Positions 33,854-42,920 of a stretch of DNA of 64,000 nt are shown here, one piece after another. The DNA is from Gemmatimonadota bacterium. GTDB lineage: Bacteria > Gemmatimonadota > Gemmatimonadetes > Palauibacterales > Palauibacteraceae. The translations under genes and the position numbers were made by a program. Under the pieces are notes generated by a model. It made no database searches and was not told where the DNA came from. It was given only the letters and a program-made list of their open reading frames with translations. The stretch is taken from positions 333 to 64,332 of the forward strand of contig JAWOIN010000180.1 in NCBI GenBank assembly GCA_046484665.1, given 5' to 3'. Positions within the stretch are counted from its first letter, which is position 1, and each line of letters starts with the position of its first letter.

Positions 33854-35143
33854 TCAGGTCGGCCGCGGGTCTCCCGCCGCTGCACGTCGGAGGTCGCGCG
33901 CACGGCCCTCCACGGGACGCTCGAACGCACCCGAGGTCCCCGTGACCCAGCGCTCGATGTGTCGGACCGCCAGATCCGCGCCCCGCTCCCCCCGCACGAG
34001 CGCCCCGATCTCGCGCGCTCGCGTCGCGAACGCGTCCGTGGAGAGGAGGTCGTCGATCCCGCGGGCGATCCGATCGGGCGTGGCCTTCTGGAACGGGATC
34101 GGACCCGGTCCCATTCCGCGATCCCGGATTCGCCTGCCCCAGTAGGCGTGCGAGGGGAAGATCGAGATGACCAGTGCGGGGAGGCCGGCGCGCGCGAGGG
34201 CGTGGATGGTTCCCGCGCCGCCGTGCGCTACTACGGCGCGAACGTGCGGCAGGACGGCCGCGTGCCTCGTGTCCCTGTCCATCAGGAACAGTTCTTCGGG
34301 GATCGCGTCCGGCGGGAAGGACGGGTCGCACCAGGACGTCACGACCCTAGCGCCCGACTTCAGGAGGCTCTCGAGCACGCGGCGCATGATCTGCGTCCAC
34401 ACGTCGTTCCGAAAGCTCCCTGGCTCGACGAACACCGGCGCCGGCCCGGCATCCAGGAACTCCCGCAGATCACGCGGCATCTCGGGGTCCGATCCCTCGT
34501 CGAGATACCAGTACCCTGTGACCTGCACCCGCGAGGGCCAGTCGGCGGGACGGGGCAGGAGCTGAGGGCTCGCGCTGATCAGGACGGGAACGCGCTCGCG
34601 GCGCATCCGGGGGTGCGGTCCCCACACGGGAAGGGGGGGAAGCCCGAGGACCTCCGCGCGGGCTCGGTTCACGCTGCGAGCCACCGGAATCCAGTGCGAC
34701 AGCTTCTCGATCGCGTGCGTGAGCCTGTTGTGAGCCCGTCCCAGCGTGCGCGGGGCCCGGGCATAGACGCTCGGGAACTCGCCCGTCATGACTTCGGGCT
34801 CGAACAGCATCCGGATCGGGAGGATCCCCAGCCGCTCCGCGACGTCGTATCCGAAGAACGCGAGGTTGTTGTAGACGATCGCGTCGGCACCCCGGCAGAG
34901 CTCGAGGGCCGTCCGCATCCGAATCCGGAGGAGCTCGGCCGGGTTCTTCTCCAGCTCCCGTTGCTCCGCCGTGAACCCGCCCGGCATGATCGCGAACGGG
35001 ACGCCGGCCGAGGCCACCAGCCCCTCCGACCCCTCGTGCGCGGCGAGAACGGTCTCGTGTCCCGCCCGGGCGAGGGAGGCCGCGAGCGCCGCGTTGGGCT
35101 GTACGTCGCCCCGGCTCCCGACCGTGAGGATCGCGATCCGCAT
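33854..35143 (-). CDS. GT1-family (UDP-glycosyltransferase, GT28 N-terminal type) glycosyltransferase
   Basis: MRIAILTVGSRGDVQPNAALAASLARAGHE N-terminus and C-terminal VVAHGGAGTIHALARAGLPALVI donor-binding motif. GGAAGGA RBS before the ATG at 35143. Confidence 0.8.
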   Translation of the reverse strand: MRIAILTVGSRGDVQPNAALAASLARAGHETVLAAHEGSEGLVASAGVPFAIMPGGFTAEQRELEKNPAELLRIRMRTALELCRGADAIVYNNLAFFGYDVAERLGILPIRMLFEPEVMTGEFPSVYARAPRTLGRAHNRLTHAIEKLSHWIPVARSVNRARAEVLGLPPLPVWGPHPRMRRERVPVLISASPQLLPRPADWPSRVQVTGYWYLDEGSDPEMPRDLREFLDAGPAPVFVEPGSFRNDVWTQIMRRVLESLLKSGARVVTSWCDPSFPPDAIPEELFLMDRDTRHAAVLPHVRAVVAHGGAGTIHALARAGLPALVISIFPSHAYWGRRIRDRGMGPGPIPFQKATPDRIARGIDDLLSTDAFATRAREIGALVRGERGADLAVRHIERWVTGTSGAFERPVEGRARDLRRAAAGDPRPT

Positions 35144-35407
35144 GGTGTCCTTCCGCGTGCCGTCACCGGACATTCCGACCCCGGGAACGCAGGTACCGTG
35201 CCCGCCGGCTGCGAGACCCGCATCGGCCCGCGCCCGGGGCCTCGACGCGCGTCATGTGCGGCGATCCGATAACTCCGGCACATCCCGTCACCTCGGTCCG
35301 GTCGACCCTGTCCGCGCCGGCTCGACCGCTCACGCCGTGCGCCTGCACCTCGGCGGGCGCGAGACAGGATCGAGTCCCGGCCGGGTGTTGCGCCCGCACC
35401 GCACCCC

Positions 35408-36271
35408 TCATCCCCTCGCGACCAGCAACACGCCGATCACCGTGAGCAGGGTCCCGAGCAACCGTTTCCTGAGGTCCCGCTCGCCGAACGCGAGCGCGCC
35501 GATCAGCACCGTTACGAGCGCGCCGCTCCGCTTGATCGTGATCACGTTGGCGGCGAGGGTGAGCCGCAGCGCCTCCATCTGCAGGACGAACATCGCGGCG
35601 TGGAGGAAGCCCTGGACGGCGAGGGCCGGCCAGGGCCGCGGAACCGGAGTCCGGTCGGCCGCGCCGGAACGCGAGATCAGCGTCAGGAAGGCGACGCCGA
35701 GCACGGCCGACTGCATCGTCCCGTAGAACGCCGGCGAGGAGGCCGTGACGGCGATCCTGTCGACCACGCCCGTCACCGACCAGAGGACCGCGACGCCGAG
35801 CATCCGGCGCGCGCCGGGGTCCCGGAACGGCGCGGCGAGCGGCGCGAGCGGCTGGCCCCGGAAGTCGCGGAGGTTCAGCAAGTATACGCCCGCCACGACG
35901 AGGAGGATTCCTCCAAGGCCTCTCAGGCCGGGCACGTCGCCGAGCAGCAGCCACTCGACGGGGACGAGAAGGACCGGCGTGAGGGCGAGAAGCGGCACAG
36001 TGAGGCCCAGGTCGCTCCGCTGGATCGCGGAGGCGTACAGCGAGTAGGCGAGCAGCCCGATCCCGCTCGTCGTTGCCAGCGCGATCCAGAAGACGGGGGC
36101 CACGTCCGGGATTCCCCGCACGGCGAGGTACGCCGCCAGCAGGGGAAATCCGAGCCCGAACAGCGCCCAGGCCGCGACGACCGGCGGCACGTCTCGCGTG
36201 AGCCGTTTCGTCCACACGCCCTGCAGGCCGTAGAAGAGCGCCGCGCCGAGGGCGAGGAGCGGCCAGGTCAC
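35408..36271 (-). CDS. EamA/DMT-family transporter
   Basis: 10-TM profile, 287 aa, duplicated EamA-like halves. Confidence 0.75.
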   Translation of the reverse strand: MTWPLLALGAALFYGLQGVWTKRLTRDVPPVVAAWALFGLGFPLLAAYLAVRGIPDVAPVFWIALATTSGIGLLAYSLYASAIQRSDLGLTVPLLALTPVLLVPVEWLLLGDVPGLRGLGGILLVVAGVYLLNLRDFRGQPLAPLAAPFRDPGARRMLGVAVLWSVTGVVDRIAVTASSPAFYGTMQSAVLGVAFLTLISRSGAADRTPVPRPWPALAVQGFLHAAMFVLQMEALRLTLAANVITIKRSGALVTVLIGALAFGERDLRKRLLGTLLTVIGVLLVARG

Positions 36272-36350
36272 GGGCGCCCGGCCCCGCGGGAGCCGCGTCC
36301 CGGGACGCGGACGGCGGACACCGGCGAGGCGGACACCGACGACGCCCGTC

Positions 36351-36698
36351 TCAGAAAGGCAGGTCCTCGTCGTCGAGCGGCGGCGAATCTGACGGCGATG
36401 GCGGCATTCCGGGGTCCGCGCCCGGCGCCTTCTCCTTCTCGACCTTCCAGGCCTTCACGTCGGTGTACCAGCGGCCGTTGTACTCGCGGCTGCGGATGTC
36501 GATGTGGGCCGTGAGACGCTCGCCCTCCTGGACGCCGAATTTCTCGATGTCGTCGCCCCACTGCGTGATGCAGACCTTGGCCGCGTAATCGCCCTCGGTC
36601 TCAAGCACGAAGTCCTGCTTCCGCCACGGGCCGTTGCGGCCCTCGCCGGACTGCTCCTGGAGGATCTGGACGACGCGCCCCGCGATCTTCAGCTCCAA
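36351..36698 (-). CDS. DUF3127-like OB-fold protein with an SSB-type acidic C-terminal tip
   Basis: MELKIAGRVVQILQEQSGEGRNGPWRKQDFVLET...SREYNGRWYTDVKAWKVE matches my recollection of DUF3127. The tail ends LDDEDLPF. Confidence 0.65.
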   Translation of the reverse strand: MELKIAGRVVQILQEQSGEGRNGPWRKQDFVLETEGDYAAKVCITQWGDDIEKFGVQEGERLTAHIDIRSREYNGRWYTDVKAWKVEKEKAPGADPGMPPSPSDSPPLDDEDLPF

Positions 36699-36883
36699 CG
36701 GTCCGTCTCCCGGTTCGGGTCACGTGATGGGCGTCCCGGCGGCACGATCTCCCCGGGACGCCGATGCGCACGGGAGACGATGCGGCACGCGCGTCCGCAC
36801 GGCGAGCCCGGCCGGCGGCGCTCGACTCCTGCCGGCGTCGCGCCCACTTCCCGAACCGCCATTCGGGCACGATCTTGTCCGCC

Positions 36884-38704
36884 ATGTCGAGCGGAGCCTC
36901 CGGGTACCAGCGCTTCTTCGCCGAGCTGAAGCGCCGTCGCGTCTTCCGCGTGATCGCGGCCTACGGCGCGGTGGCGTTCCTCGTCCTCCAGCTGGCCGAC
37001 CTGCTGGGCGAGGGGCTTCGCCTGCCCGAGAGCTTCCTTCCTCTCGTCACGGCGATCGTCCTGGTCGGATTCCCGATCGCCGTCGTGCTCGCCTGGGCGT
37101 TCGAGGCCACGCCCGAGGGGATCCGCCGGACGGAGGACGCCACGGCGGCCGAGCTCGCGGAGATCCTCTCCGCTCCGCGCTCCAGGCGTTGGCCGGCGGG
37201 CGTTCTCGCGCTCGGCGGCCTGGCGGCCCTGCTCGCGGGGGCGTGGTACGTCGGCCGGTCGTCGGCTGGAAGCCCGGCGACGGACGGGGCGTCGGGCGTC
37301 CTGACAGGGGAAGTCTCGATCGCCGTGCTCCCGTTCGCCGACATGAGCCCGGACGGCGACCAGGAGTACTTCTCGGACGGGATCTCCGAGGAGCTCCTGA
37401 ACCTGCTGGCGAAGATCCCGGACCTCCGCGTCGCGTCCCGCACGTCGGCGTTCTCCTTCAAGGGCCAGAACCTCGAGATCCCGGACATCGCCGGGCGGCT
37501 CGGCGTGGACCACGTGCTCGAAGGGTCCGTTCGGAAGGCCGGCGACGAGATCCGGATCACGGCCCAGCTCATCGACGCCCGCACGGACACGCATCTCTGG
37601 TCGGAGACGTGGGACCGGACGCTCGAGGACGTGTTCGCCGTACAGGACGAGATCGCGGCGGAAGTCGTGCGCGAGCTGAAGGTCACCCTGCTCGGAGAGG
37701 CTCCGCACATCGAGGAGACGGACCCGGAGGCTTACGCTCTCTTCCTCCGGGCCAGGGAGCTGAACCGTCGAAGCTCGGTCGACGCGTACGAGCGCGCGGT
37801 CCAGCTGCTGGAGCAGTCGCTGGCGATCGACTCGACCTATTCCCCGACGTGGGCGGCCCTCGCGGTCGTCTACACGAATCAGACGGGGTTCGGTCTGCGG
37901 TCCTTCTCGGAGGGCGTCGAGCTCGCGAGGGCCGCGACGCGGAGGGCCATCGCGCTCGACTCCACGAACGCCGACGCCCACGCGATCCTGGGCCACGTCG
38001 CGATGTACTTCGACGACGATCTCGCGGCCGCCGCCCGTCACCTGGACCGGGCTCTGGAGCTCGCGCCGTCGGACGCGCGCATCCTGGGAGCCGCCGCCAC
38101 TCTCGCGGGGAATCTGGGACGCCGCGAGGAAGCCCTCGCCCTCCAGGAGTACGTCGTGCTCATCGATCCGGTGACTTCGAGCGCGCGCTCGAACCTCGCC
38201 CTCAACTACAGGAACGCCGGGCGCTGGGACGAGGCGATCGCGGAGCACCGGCTCGCTCTCGATCTCGCGCCTGACAACCTCGGCCAGCATCACGGCATCG
38301 CGCTGTCTCTGCTGGGAAGGGGCGAGCCGGAGGCCGCGCTGGCGGAGAACGAGAAGGAGCCGGACGAGGGGTGGCGCCTGCTGGGGCGGGTCGCGGCGTA
38401 CCACAGTCTCGGGAGGAAGGCCGAGTCCGATGTGGCGCTCTCTGAGCTGATCGCGAAGTACGAGCAGGAGATGGCCTACAACATCGCCGGCGCGTACGCC
38501 TGGCGGGGCGAGCCCGACCGCGCCTTCGAGTGGCTCGCGAAGGCCGTCGAGTACGGCGACCCGGGCCTCTCGGAGATACCGCTGGACGTCCAGTGGCTCT
38601 CGAGCCTCCACGACGACCCGCGCTGGATCCCCTTCCTCGAGAGCATCGGGAAGTCCCCGGAGCAGCTCGCCCGGATCGACTTCGACGTGGAGCTGCCCGG
38701 GTAG
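36884..38704 (+). CDS. TM-anchored TolB-N-like plus TPR-repeat protein (paralog 2)
   Basis: Same architecture as 31801..33627 and collinear with it (FFAELKRRRVFRVIAAYGAVAFLVLQ...IAVLPFADMSPDGDQEYFSDGISEELLNLLAKI...WIPFLESIGKSP). Confidence 0.8.
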   Translation: MSSGASGYQRFFAELKRRRVFRVIAAYGAVAFLVLQLADLLGEGLRLPESFLPLVTAIVLVGFPIAVVLAWAFEATPEGIRRTEDATAAELAEILSAPRSRRWPAGVLALGGLAALLAGAWYVGRSSAGSPATDGASGVLTGEVSIAVLPFADMSPDGDQEYFSDGISEELLNLLAKIPDLRVASRTSAFSFKGQNLEIPDIAGRLGVDHVLEGSVRKAGDEIRITAQLIDARTDTHLWSETWDRTLEDVFAVQDEIAAEVVRELKVTLLGEAPHIEETDPEAYALFLRARELNRRSSVDAYERAVQLLEQSLAIDSTYSPTWAALAVVYTNQTGFGLRSFSEGVELARAATRRAIALDSTNADAHAILGHVAMYFDDDLAAAARHLDRALELAPSDARILGAAATLAGNLGRREEALALQEYVVLIDPVTSSARSNLALNYRNAGRWDEAIAEHRLALDLAPDNLGQHHGIALSLLGRGEPEAALAENEKEPDEGWRLLGRVAAYHSLGRKAESDVALSELIAKYEQEMAYNIAGAYAWRGEPDRAFEWLAKAVEYGDPGLSEIPLDVQWLSSLHDDPRWIPFLESIGKSPEQLARIDFDVELPG

Positions 38705-38722
38705 GACCCGTCTCCGTTCCGG

Positions 38723-40069
38723 TCAGACGCCAGATTCCGCCAGGCCCGCCTCCTCGTGCTCGGCCAGCTGCTCGGCCAGGGACTCGAGGCTCCGTCCCTT
38801 CGTCTCCGGCATCAGGAAGACGACGAACAGAAGCTGCAGCACCATCATCGCCGTGAAGAACCCGAAGATCCCCTCCGGCTCGAACCGCCCGAGCAGCCAG
38901 GGTATCAGCAGCGCGATCGTCGCCGCGAACACCCAGTGCGTTCCGCTCCCCAGCGACTGCCCCTTCGTGCGGACGTTGTTCGGGAAGATCTCCGCGATGA
39001 ACACCCAGATCACCGCGCCCTGCCCGACCGCGTGCGAGGCGATGAACAGGAAGACGAACGCCACCACGAGCGCGCCGCGCGCGCCCGTGGCGAAGGCCCA
39101 GGTCACGGCGGCGAGCGAGACGATGTAGCCGATCGAGCCGAGCAGCAGCAGGGTCTTCCGGCCGGCCCGGTCGATCAGGTACATGCCGACCAGGGTGAAC
39201 ACGAGGTTCACGACCCCGATTCCCGCCGTGGAGAACAGGGCCGCGCCGCTGTCGAGCCCGGCCAGCGAGAAGATCCGGGGCGCGAAGTAGATGATGAAGT
39301 TGATCCCGGAGAGCTGGTTGAACGCGGCGACCAGGAAGGCGAGCAGGATCGGCTTCAGGTAGGCGCGCGCGAACAGCCGGTCCTGCGTGAACTCGCGCTG
39401 CCCGTGCCGGATCTCCGCGATCGTCCGGTCGACGGCCTCGGGGCCCGCGAACGCGAGGATCCGCCGGGCCTCCGCTTCGTCGTTCCTGCGCAGGATGAGC
39501 CAGCGGGGGCTCTCCGGCACCCGCGTCACGAGGAGCAGGTAGGCGAGAGCCGGGACGGCCTCCGCTCCCAGCATCCAGCGCCAGTCGAGGTGGAGCCAGG
39601 TCGCGAGGGCGAAGTTCGAGAAGAAGGCGACCAGGATCCCGAACACGATCTGGAACTGGTACAGCGCCACCAGCCGACCGCGGTGCGCCGGCGGCGAGAT
39701 CTCCGAGATCCAGGCCGGCGCCGCGATCGACGAGATGCCGACGCCGAGCCCGCCGATGAAGCGCCAGGACGAGAAGCTGTACGGGTCGGGGGCGAGGGCG
39801 GAGCCGACGGCGGAGGTCAGGTAGAGGACGCCTATCCCGATCAGGACCTTCTTCCGCCCCCAGCGCTCGCAGGGCCCGTTCCCCGTCAGCGCCCCGATGA
39901 CCGTGCCCCACAGGGCGGCGGACATGATGAACAGGCCGTGGAACAGTTCGCCCCTGTCCCACAGCGCCTGGATCGGCTGGTCGGCGCCGGAGATGACGGC
40001 CGTGTCGAATCCGAACAGGAAGCCGGCGAGGGCGACCGTCACCGCCCAGTACGCGATTCTGCCGCTCAT
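38723..40069 (-). CDS. MFS sugar-porter family transporter
   Basis: GFLFGFDTAVISGA, GRKKVLIGIG and VPESPRWLILR signatures; 12 TM helices. Confidence 0.85.
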   Translation of the reverse strand: MSGRIAYWAVTVALAGFLFGFDTAVISGADQPIQALWDRGELFHGLFIMSAALWGTVIGALTGNGPCERWGRKKVLIGIGVLYLTSAVGSALAPDPYSFSSWRFIGGLGVGISSIAAPAWISEISPPAHRGRLVALYQFQIVFGILVAFFSNFALATWLHLDWRWMLGAEAVPALAYLLLVTRVPESPRWLILRRNDEAEARRILAFAGPEAVDRTIAEIRHGQREFTQDRLFARAYLKPILLAFLVAAFNQLSGINFIIYFAPRIFSLAGLDSGAALFSTAGIGVVNLVFTLVGMYLIDRAGRKTLLLLGSIGYIVSLAAVTWAFATGARGALVVAFVFLFIASHAVGQGAVIWVFIAEIFPNNVRTKGQSLGSGTHWVFAATIALLIPWLLGRFEPEGIFGFFTAMMVLQLLFVVFLMPETKGRSLESLAEQLAEHEEAGLAESGV

Positions 40070-40185
40070 GCCGCCCGCCCTGGAACTACGGTGAGCCCGA
40101 CGTGGGGATCGGCCATTCTACGCCCGTGCCGGAGAGGGGCACAATCGACCCCGGAGGCGAGCTCGCCCCCCGAGGGAGGCGGCCC

Positions 40186-40214
40186 TTGACATTATGTGTT
40201 GTCACATTTATTGT
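40186..40214 (+). promoter_or_regulatory. Sigma-70-type promoter TTGACA-N17-TATTGT driving a probably leaderless marR, overlapped by TGTTGTCACA box 1
   Basis: TTGACA at 40186-40191 and TATTGT at 40209-40214, with the ATG at 40221 (7 nt after the -10 element). The box TGTTGTCACA at 40197-40206 lies in the spacer. A GTGATCAC palindrome lies at 40213-40220. Confidence 0.5.
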
Positions 40215-40220
40215 GATCAC

Positions 40221-40688
40221 ATGAGCCCGACCTTGAAGGCCGAGATCAAGCAGACGGCGCCGTTCGTGAGCGCCGAGGAGGAGGTGTCGCTGAACCTGCT
40301 TCGGACCGCGGCCCGGCTCGAGCACGCGGTCGCCGAGGGCCTGAAGCCTTTCGGGCTGACGCCGACGCAGTACAACGCCCTGAGGATCCTCCGGGGCGCC
40401 GGCGACGCGGGGCTGTGCCGGAACGAGGTCGGCGCGCGGATGCTGGCGCCCGTGCCGGACGCGACGCGGCTCCTCGACCGGCTCGAGGCGGCGGGGCTGA
40501 TCTCGCGCCTCAGGGGCGGCGACGACCGGCGCTTCGTCACGGCGAGGATCACGCGGGCGGGGATCGATCTTCTGGCGGAGCTCGATGCGCCGGTGGAGAG
40601 GATGCACGAGCGGCTCTACGGTCACATGCCGAAGGCGGACCTCAGGCGCCTGGCCGGCCTGCTCGAGGACGCCCGCGAGCGGATGTAG
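40221..40688 (+). CDS. MarR-family transcriptional regulator
   Basis: LTPTQYNALRILRGAG...LDRLEAAGLISRLRGGDDRRFVTARITRAG winged-helix signature. Confidence 0.85.
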   Translation: MSPTLKAEIKQTAPFVSAEEEVSLNLLRTAARLEHAVAEGLKPFGLTPTQYNALRILRGAGDAGLCRNEVGARMLAPVPDATRLLDRLEAAGLISRLRGGDDRRFVTARITRAGIDLLAELDAPVERMHERLYGHMPKADLRRLAGLLEDARERM

Positions 40689-40714
40689 AGGCCTGTTTTT
40701 TTTCGAAATGTGCG

Positions 40715-40739
40715 TGTTGTCACACTTTCTGTTGTCACA
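40715..40739 (+). promoter_or_regulatory. Two direct TGTTGTCACA boxes upstream of the yceI-like gene
   Basis: TGTTGTCACA at 40715-40724 and 40730-40739, identical to the box in the marR promoter. Preceded by a T8 run at 40696-40703. Confidence 0.45.
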
Positions 40740-40757
40740 ACTACGAGGAGTTGAGCC

Positions 40758-41327
40758 ATGAGCACGATGACGACGGAGGCACGCGGGACCACCGCCACGA
40801 CGTGGAGCATCGACCCGCAGCACAGCGAGGTCGGGTTCGAGATCTCGCACATGATGTTCGCGAAGGTCCGGGGCCGGTTCGAGGAGCTGGAGGGGACGGT
40901 GCGCCTCGGGCCCGACGGCGCGATCGAGGAGTCCTCCGTCGAGGCCGTGATCCAGGCCGGCAGCATCAGCACCGGTCAGGCGCAGCGCGACGAGCACCTG
41001 CGCTCGCTCGACTTCTTCGACGTCGAGCGGTTCCCCACCCTGGCGTTCCGTGGAACCGGCGCGAAGAGCCGCGGCGACGGCGAGCTCGTGGTGACCGGCC
41101 AGCTGACCATGCACGGGGTGACCCGGGAGGTCGAGCTCGCCGTGACCGAGACAGGCCGGGGCACCGACCCGTGGGGCAACGAGCGGATCGGGTTCAGCGC
41201 CAGGACGAAAGTGGACCGGCGCGACTTCGGGCTCGCCTGGAACCAGGCGCTCGAGACGGGCGGGATCCTGGTCGGGACGGACGTGAAGATCACCCTCGAG
41301 ATCCAGGCCGTCCGCCAGGGGGACTGA
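40758..41327 (+). CDS. YceI-family (polyisoprenoid-binding-like) protein
   Basis: WSIDPQHSEVGFEISHMMFAKVRGRF...LTMHGVTREV...FGLAWN motifs; GAGGAG RBS. Confidence 0.8.
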   Translation: MSTMTTEARGTTATTWSIDPQHSEVGFEISHMMFAKVRGRFEELEGTVRLGPDGAIEESSVEAVIQAGSISTGQAQRDEHLRSLDFFDVERFPTLAFRGTGAKSRGDGELVVTGQLTMHGVTREVELAVTETGRGTDPWGNERIGFSARTKVDRRDFGLAWNQALETGGILVGTDVKITLEIQAVRQGD

Positions 41328-41582
41328 CGGGAACGGCGGAGGAGCCGGGAGGCGGGCCGAAGACGGCGGCCTTTCGGCACCTCGCGCATTCCTCCCTCCG
41401 GTCGACGATCCGCGCTCACGCCGCGGCCGCCTTGCCGCTCCGCGGCTCCGACGTGACATTCCAACCTGCCGGATGCCTGTCCGGAAGCGCCCCCCTCCGC
41501 GAATTCCGGACCCGGGCCTCGTGTGCTCGCGCGGCGTGCGCGAACTGCGCGGCGTCTCCGGGACGGGGCGAGGAGTGTGCGC

Positions 41583-42086
41583 ATGAAATGTCCGATCTGC
41601 AGCGCCACCGTGTCCGACGGAGCGGCCTTCTGCTCCAGCTGCGGGGCCTCGCTGGCCAGCGGCAGCGAGGGACTCAGCCCTTCCGAGGTCACGCCCGAAT
41701 GGCTTCGGGGCGTCCTCGGCCGCGCCGGGTACGAGGCCACGCTTTCCACCCAGTCCGAGAACGCGGTCGTCGCCAAGCACCCGCAGCGACCCAACGTGAC
41801 GCTCACGATCCGGCGGGACCTCGGCGCGATCACCTGCGCCACCTGGTGGAGCGGCAAGAAAACCGGCTGGGGCCAGGAGAAGAACCTGATGGCGGCGCTC
41901 AACCGGGCGAACTCCAAGTCGTGGTTCGACACGTTCTGCGTCGACGGCGACGGGGACATCATGATCAGCGCCTACATCACGCTCGACACCCGGATCTCCG
42001 AGTCGGACGTCCTGGGCTTCCTCGAGCGGGAGGCGTTGTCCCAGATGGCGCTGCTCAGCTCCGAGCTGAAGGAATTCGTGCGCTAG
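41583..42086 (+). CDS. Zinc-ribbon plus YbjN-like domain protein
   Basis: ATG at 41583 gives MKCPICSATVSDGAAFCSSCG (CxxC...CxxC ribbon). The C-terminal ~130 aa resemble the YbjN/T3SS-chaperone-like family; that assignment is weak. Confidence 0.5.
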   Translation: MKCPICSATVSDGAAFCSSCGASLASGSEGLSPSEVTPEWLRGVLGRAGYEATLSTQSENAVVAKHPQRPNVTLTIRRDLGAITCATWWSGKKTGWGQEKNLMAALNRANSKSWFDTFCVDGDGDIMISAYITLDTRISESDVLGFLEREALSQMALLSSELKEFVR

Positions 42087-42198
42087 GCGCGCCGCCCCGC
42101 GATCGGCCGGGCTTCCAGCCGGCGCCGGAGTGCCGTGCCGAGTCGGCGACGGCCGTGTGGACCGGGGCGGAGCTCCGGCCCGATCCCCCGTACTGCCG

Positions 42199-42705
42199 CT
42201 ACTCGGCGGCGGGCTCCTGTGTCACCGGCGCGGGGGGCGGCGTGTCCGAGTTCCAGATCACGGAGGTCCAGAGCCAGGAGCCGTCCTCCTGCCGGCGCAC
42301 GACGACGAGGTACTTGCCCGACTCCGAGACGGGTCCGGTCACGCCCGGCGGCGTCCCGGTCCAGGTGTACGTGCCGCGGTCGTACGCCAGGCCGTCGACC
42401 CCGGTGATCTCCACCGGCGTCAGCGAAAAGGAGAATGTGGCAGGCGTGAACCCCGACCGCATTCCGGCGGCGTACCTCTCCCGGATCGCATCCCTCCCCA
42501 TCGTCGCGGGGGCGCCGGGCGGCATCTCGACCGCGGAGGCGGCGTAGACGGCGGCGAGCGCTTCGGCGTCGCCCGCCACCATGGCGCCGGCATAGACCTC
42601 GCCGAGGCCGCGGATCGCGGCGATGTCCGCGTCGGTGAGGGGGGTCGCCCCGGGCTGACACCCGAGGAGGACAAGTGTGGGAAGTAGTACGGCGAGTCTG
42701 CGCAT
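42199..42705 (-). CDS. NTF2-fold (SnoaL/DUF4440-like) lipoprotein
   Basis: MRRLAVLLPTLVLLGC lipobox. ADIAAIRGL...DAEALAAVYA...GKYLVVVRRQEDGSWLW pattern. Confidence 0.6.
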   Translation of the reverse strand: MRRLAVLLPTLVLLGCQPGATPLTDADIAAIRGLGEVYAGAMVAGDAEALAAVYAASAVEMPPGAPATMGRDAIRERYAAGMRSGFTPATFSFSLTPVEITGVDGLAYDRGTYTWTGTPPGVTGPVSESGKYLVVVRRQEDGSWLWTSVIWNSDTPPPAPVTQEPAAE

Positions 42706-42920
42706 CGGAATCCACCTCCTGCGAGGGTCGGCCGGCGCGAGCGGCTTCGGGGGCTCGCCCGGAGGCGCCGGGGCCGTAACGTCCCGAAAGCGGCCCGCAA
42801 TCTAGCGGAGCGCCCCGCGCCCCGCCCGCGTGCTTCGGGGCGTCCGCTTCCGCAACCACGACGGCGAGGTCCCTGTCCAAGCGTCAGGAACTGGATCGCC
42901 CCCTTTCGGAGAGGAAGACC

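Noticed and set aside
36764-36883. The upstream ATG at 36764 for the second TPR paralog, as given by the ORF track.
   Set aside because: The extra 40 aa are Arg/Ala-rich with no counterpart in paralog 1. Both paralogs align from MS.G...(R)FFAEL(R/K)RRRV, which supports the ATG at 36884.
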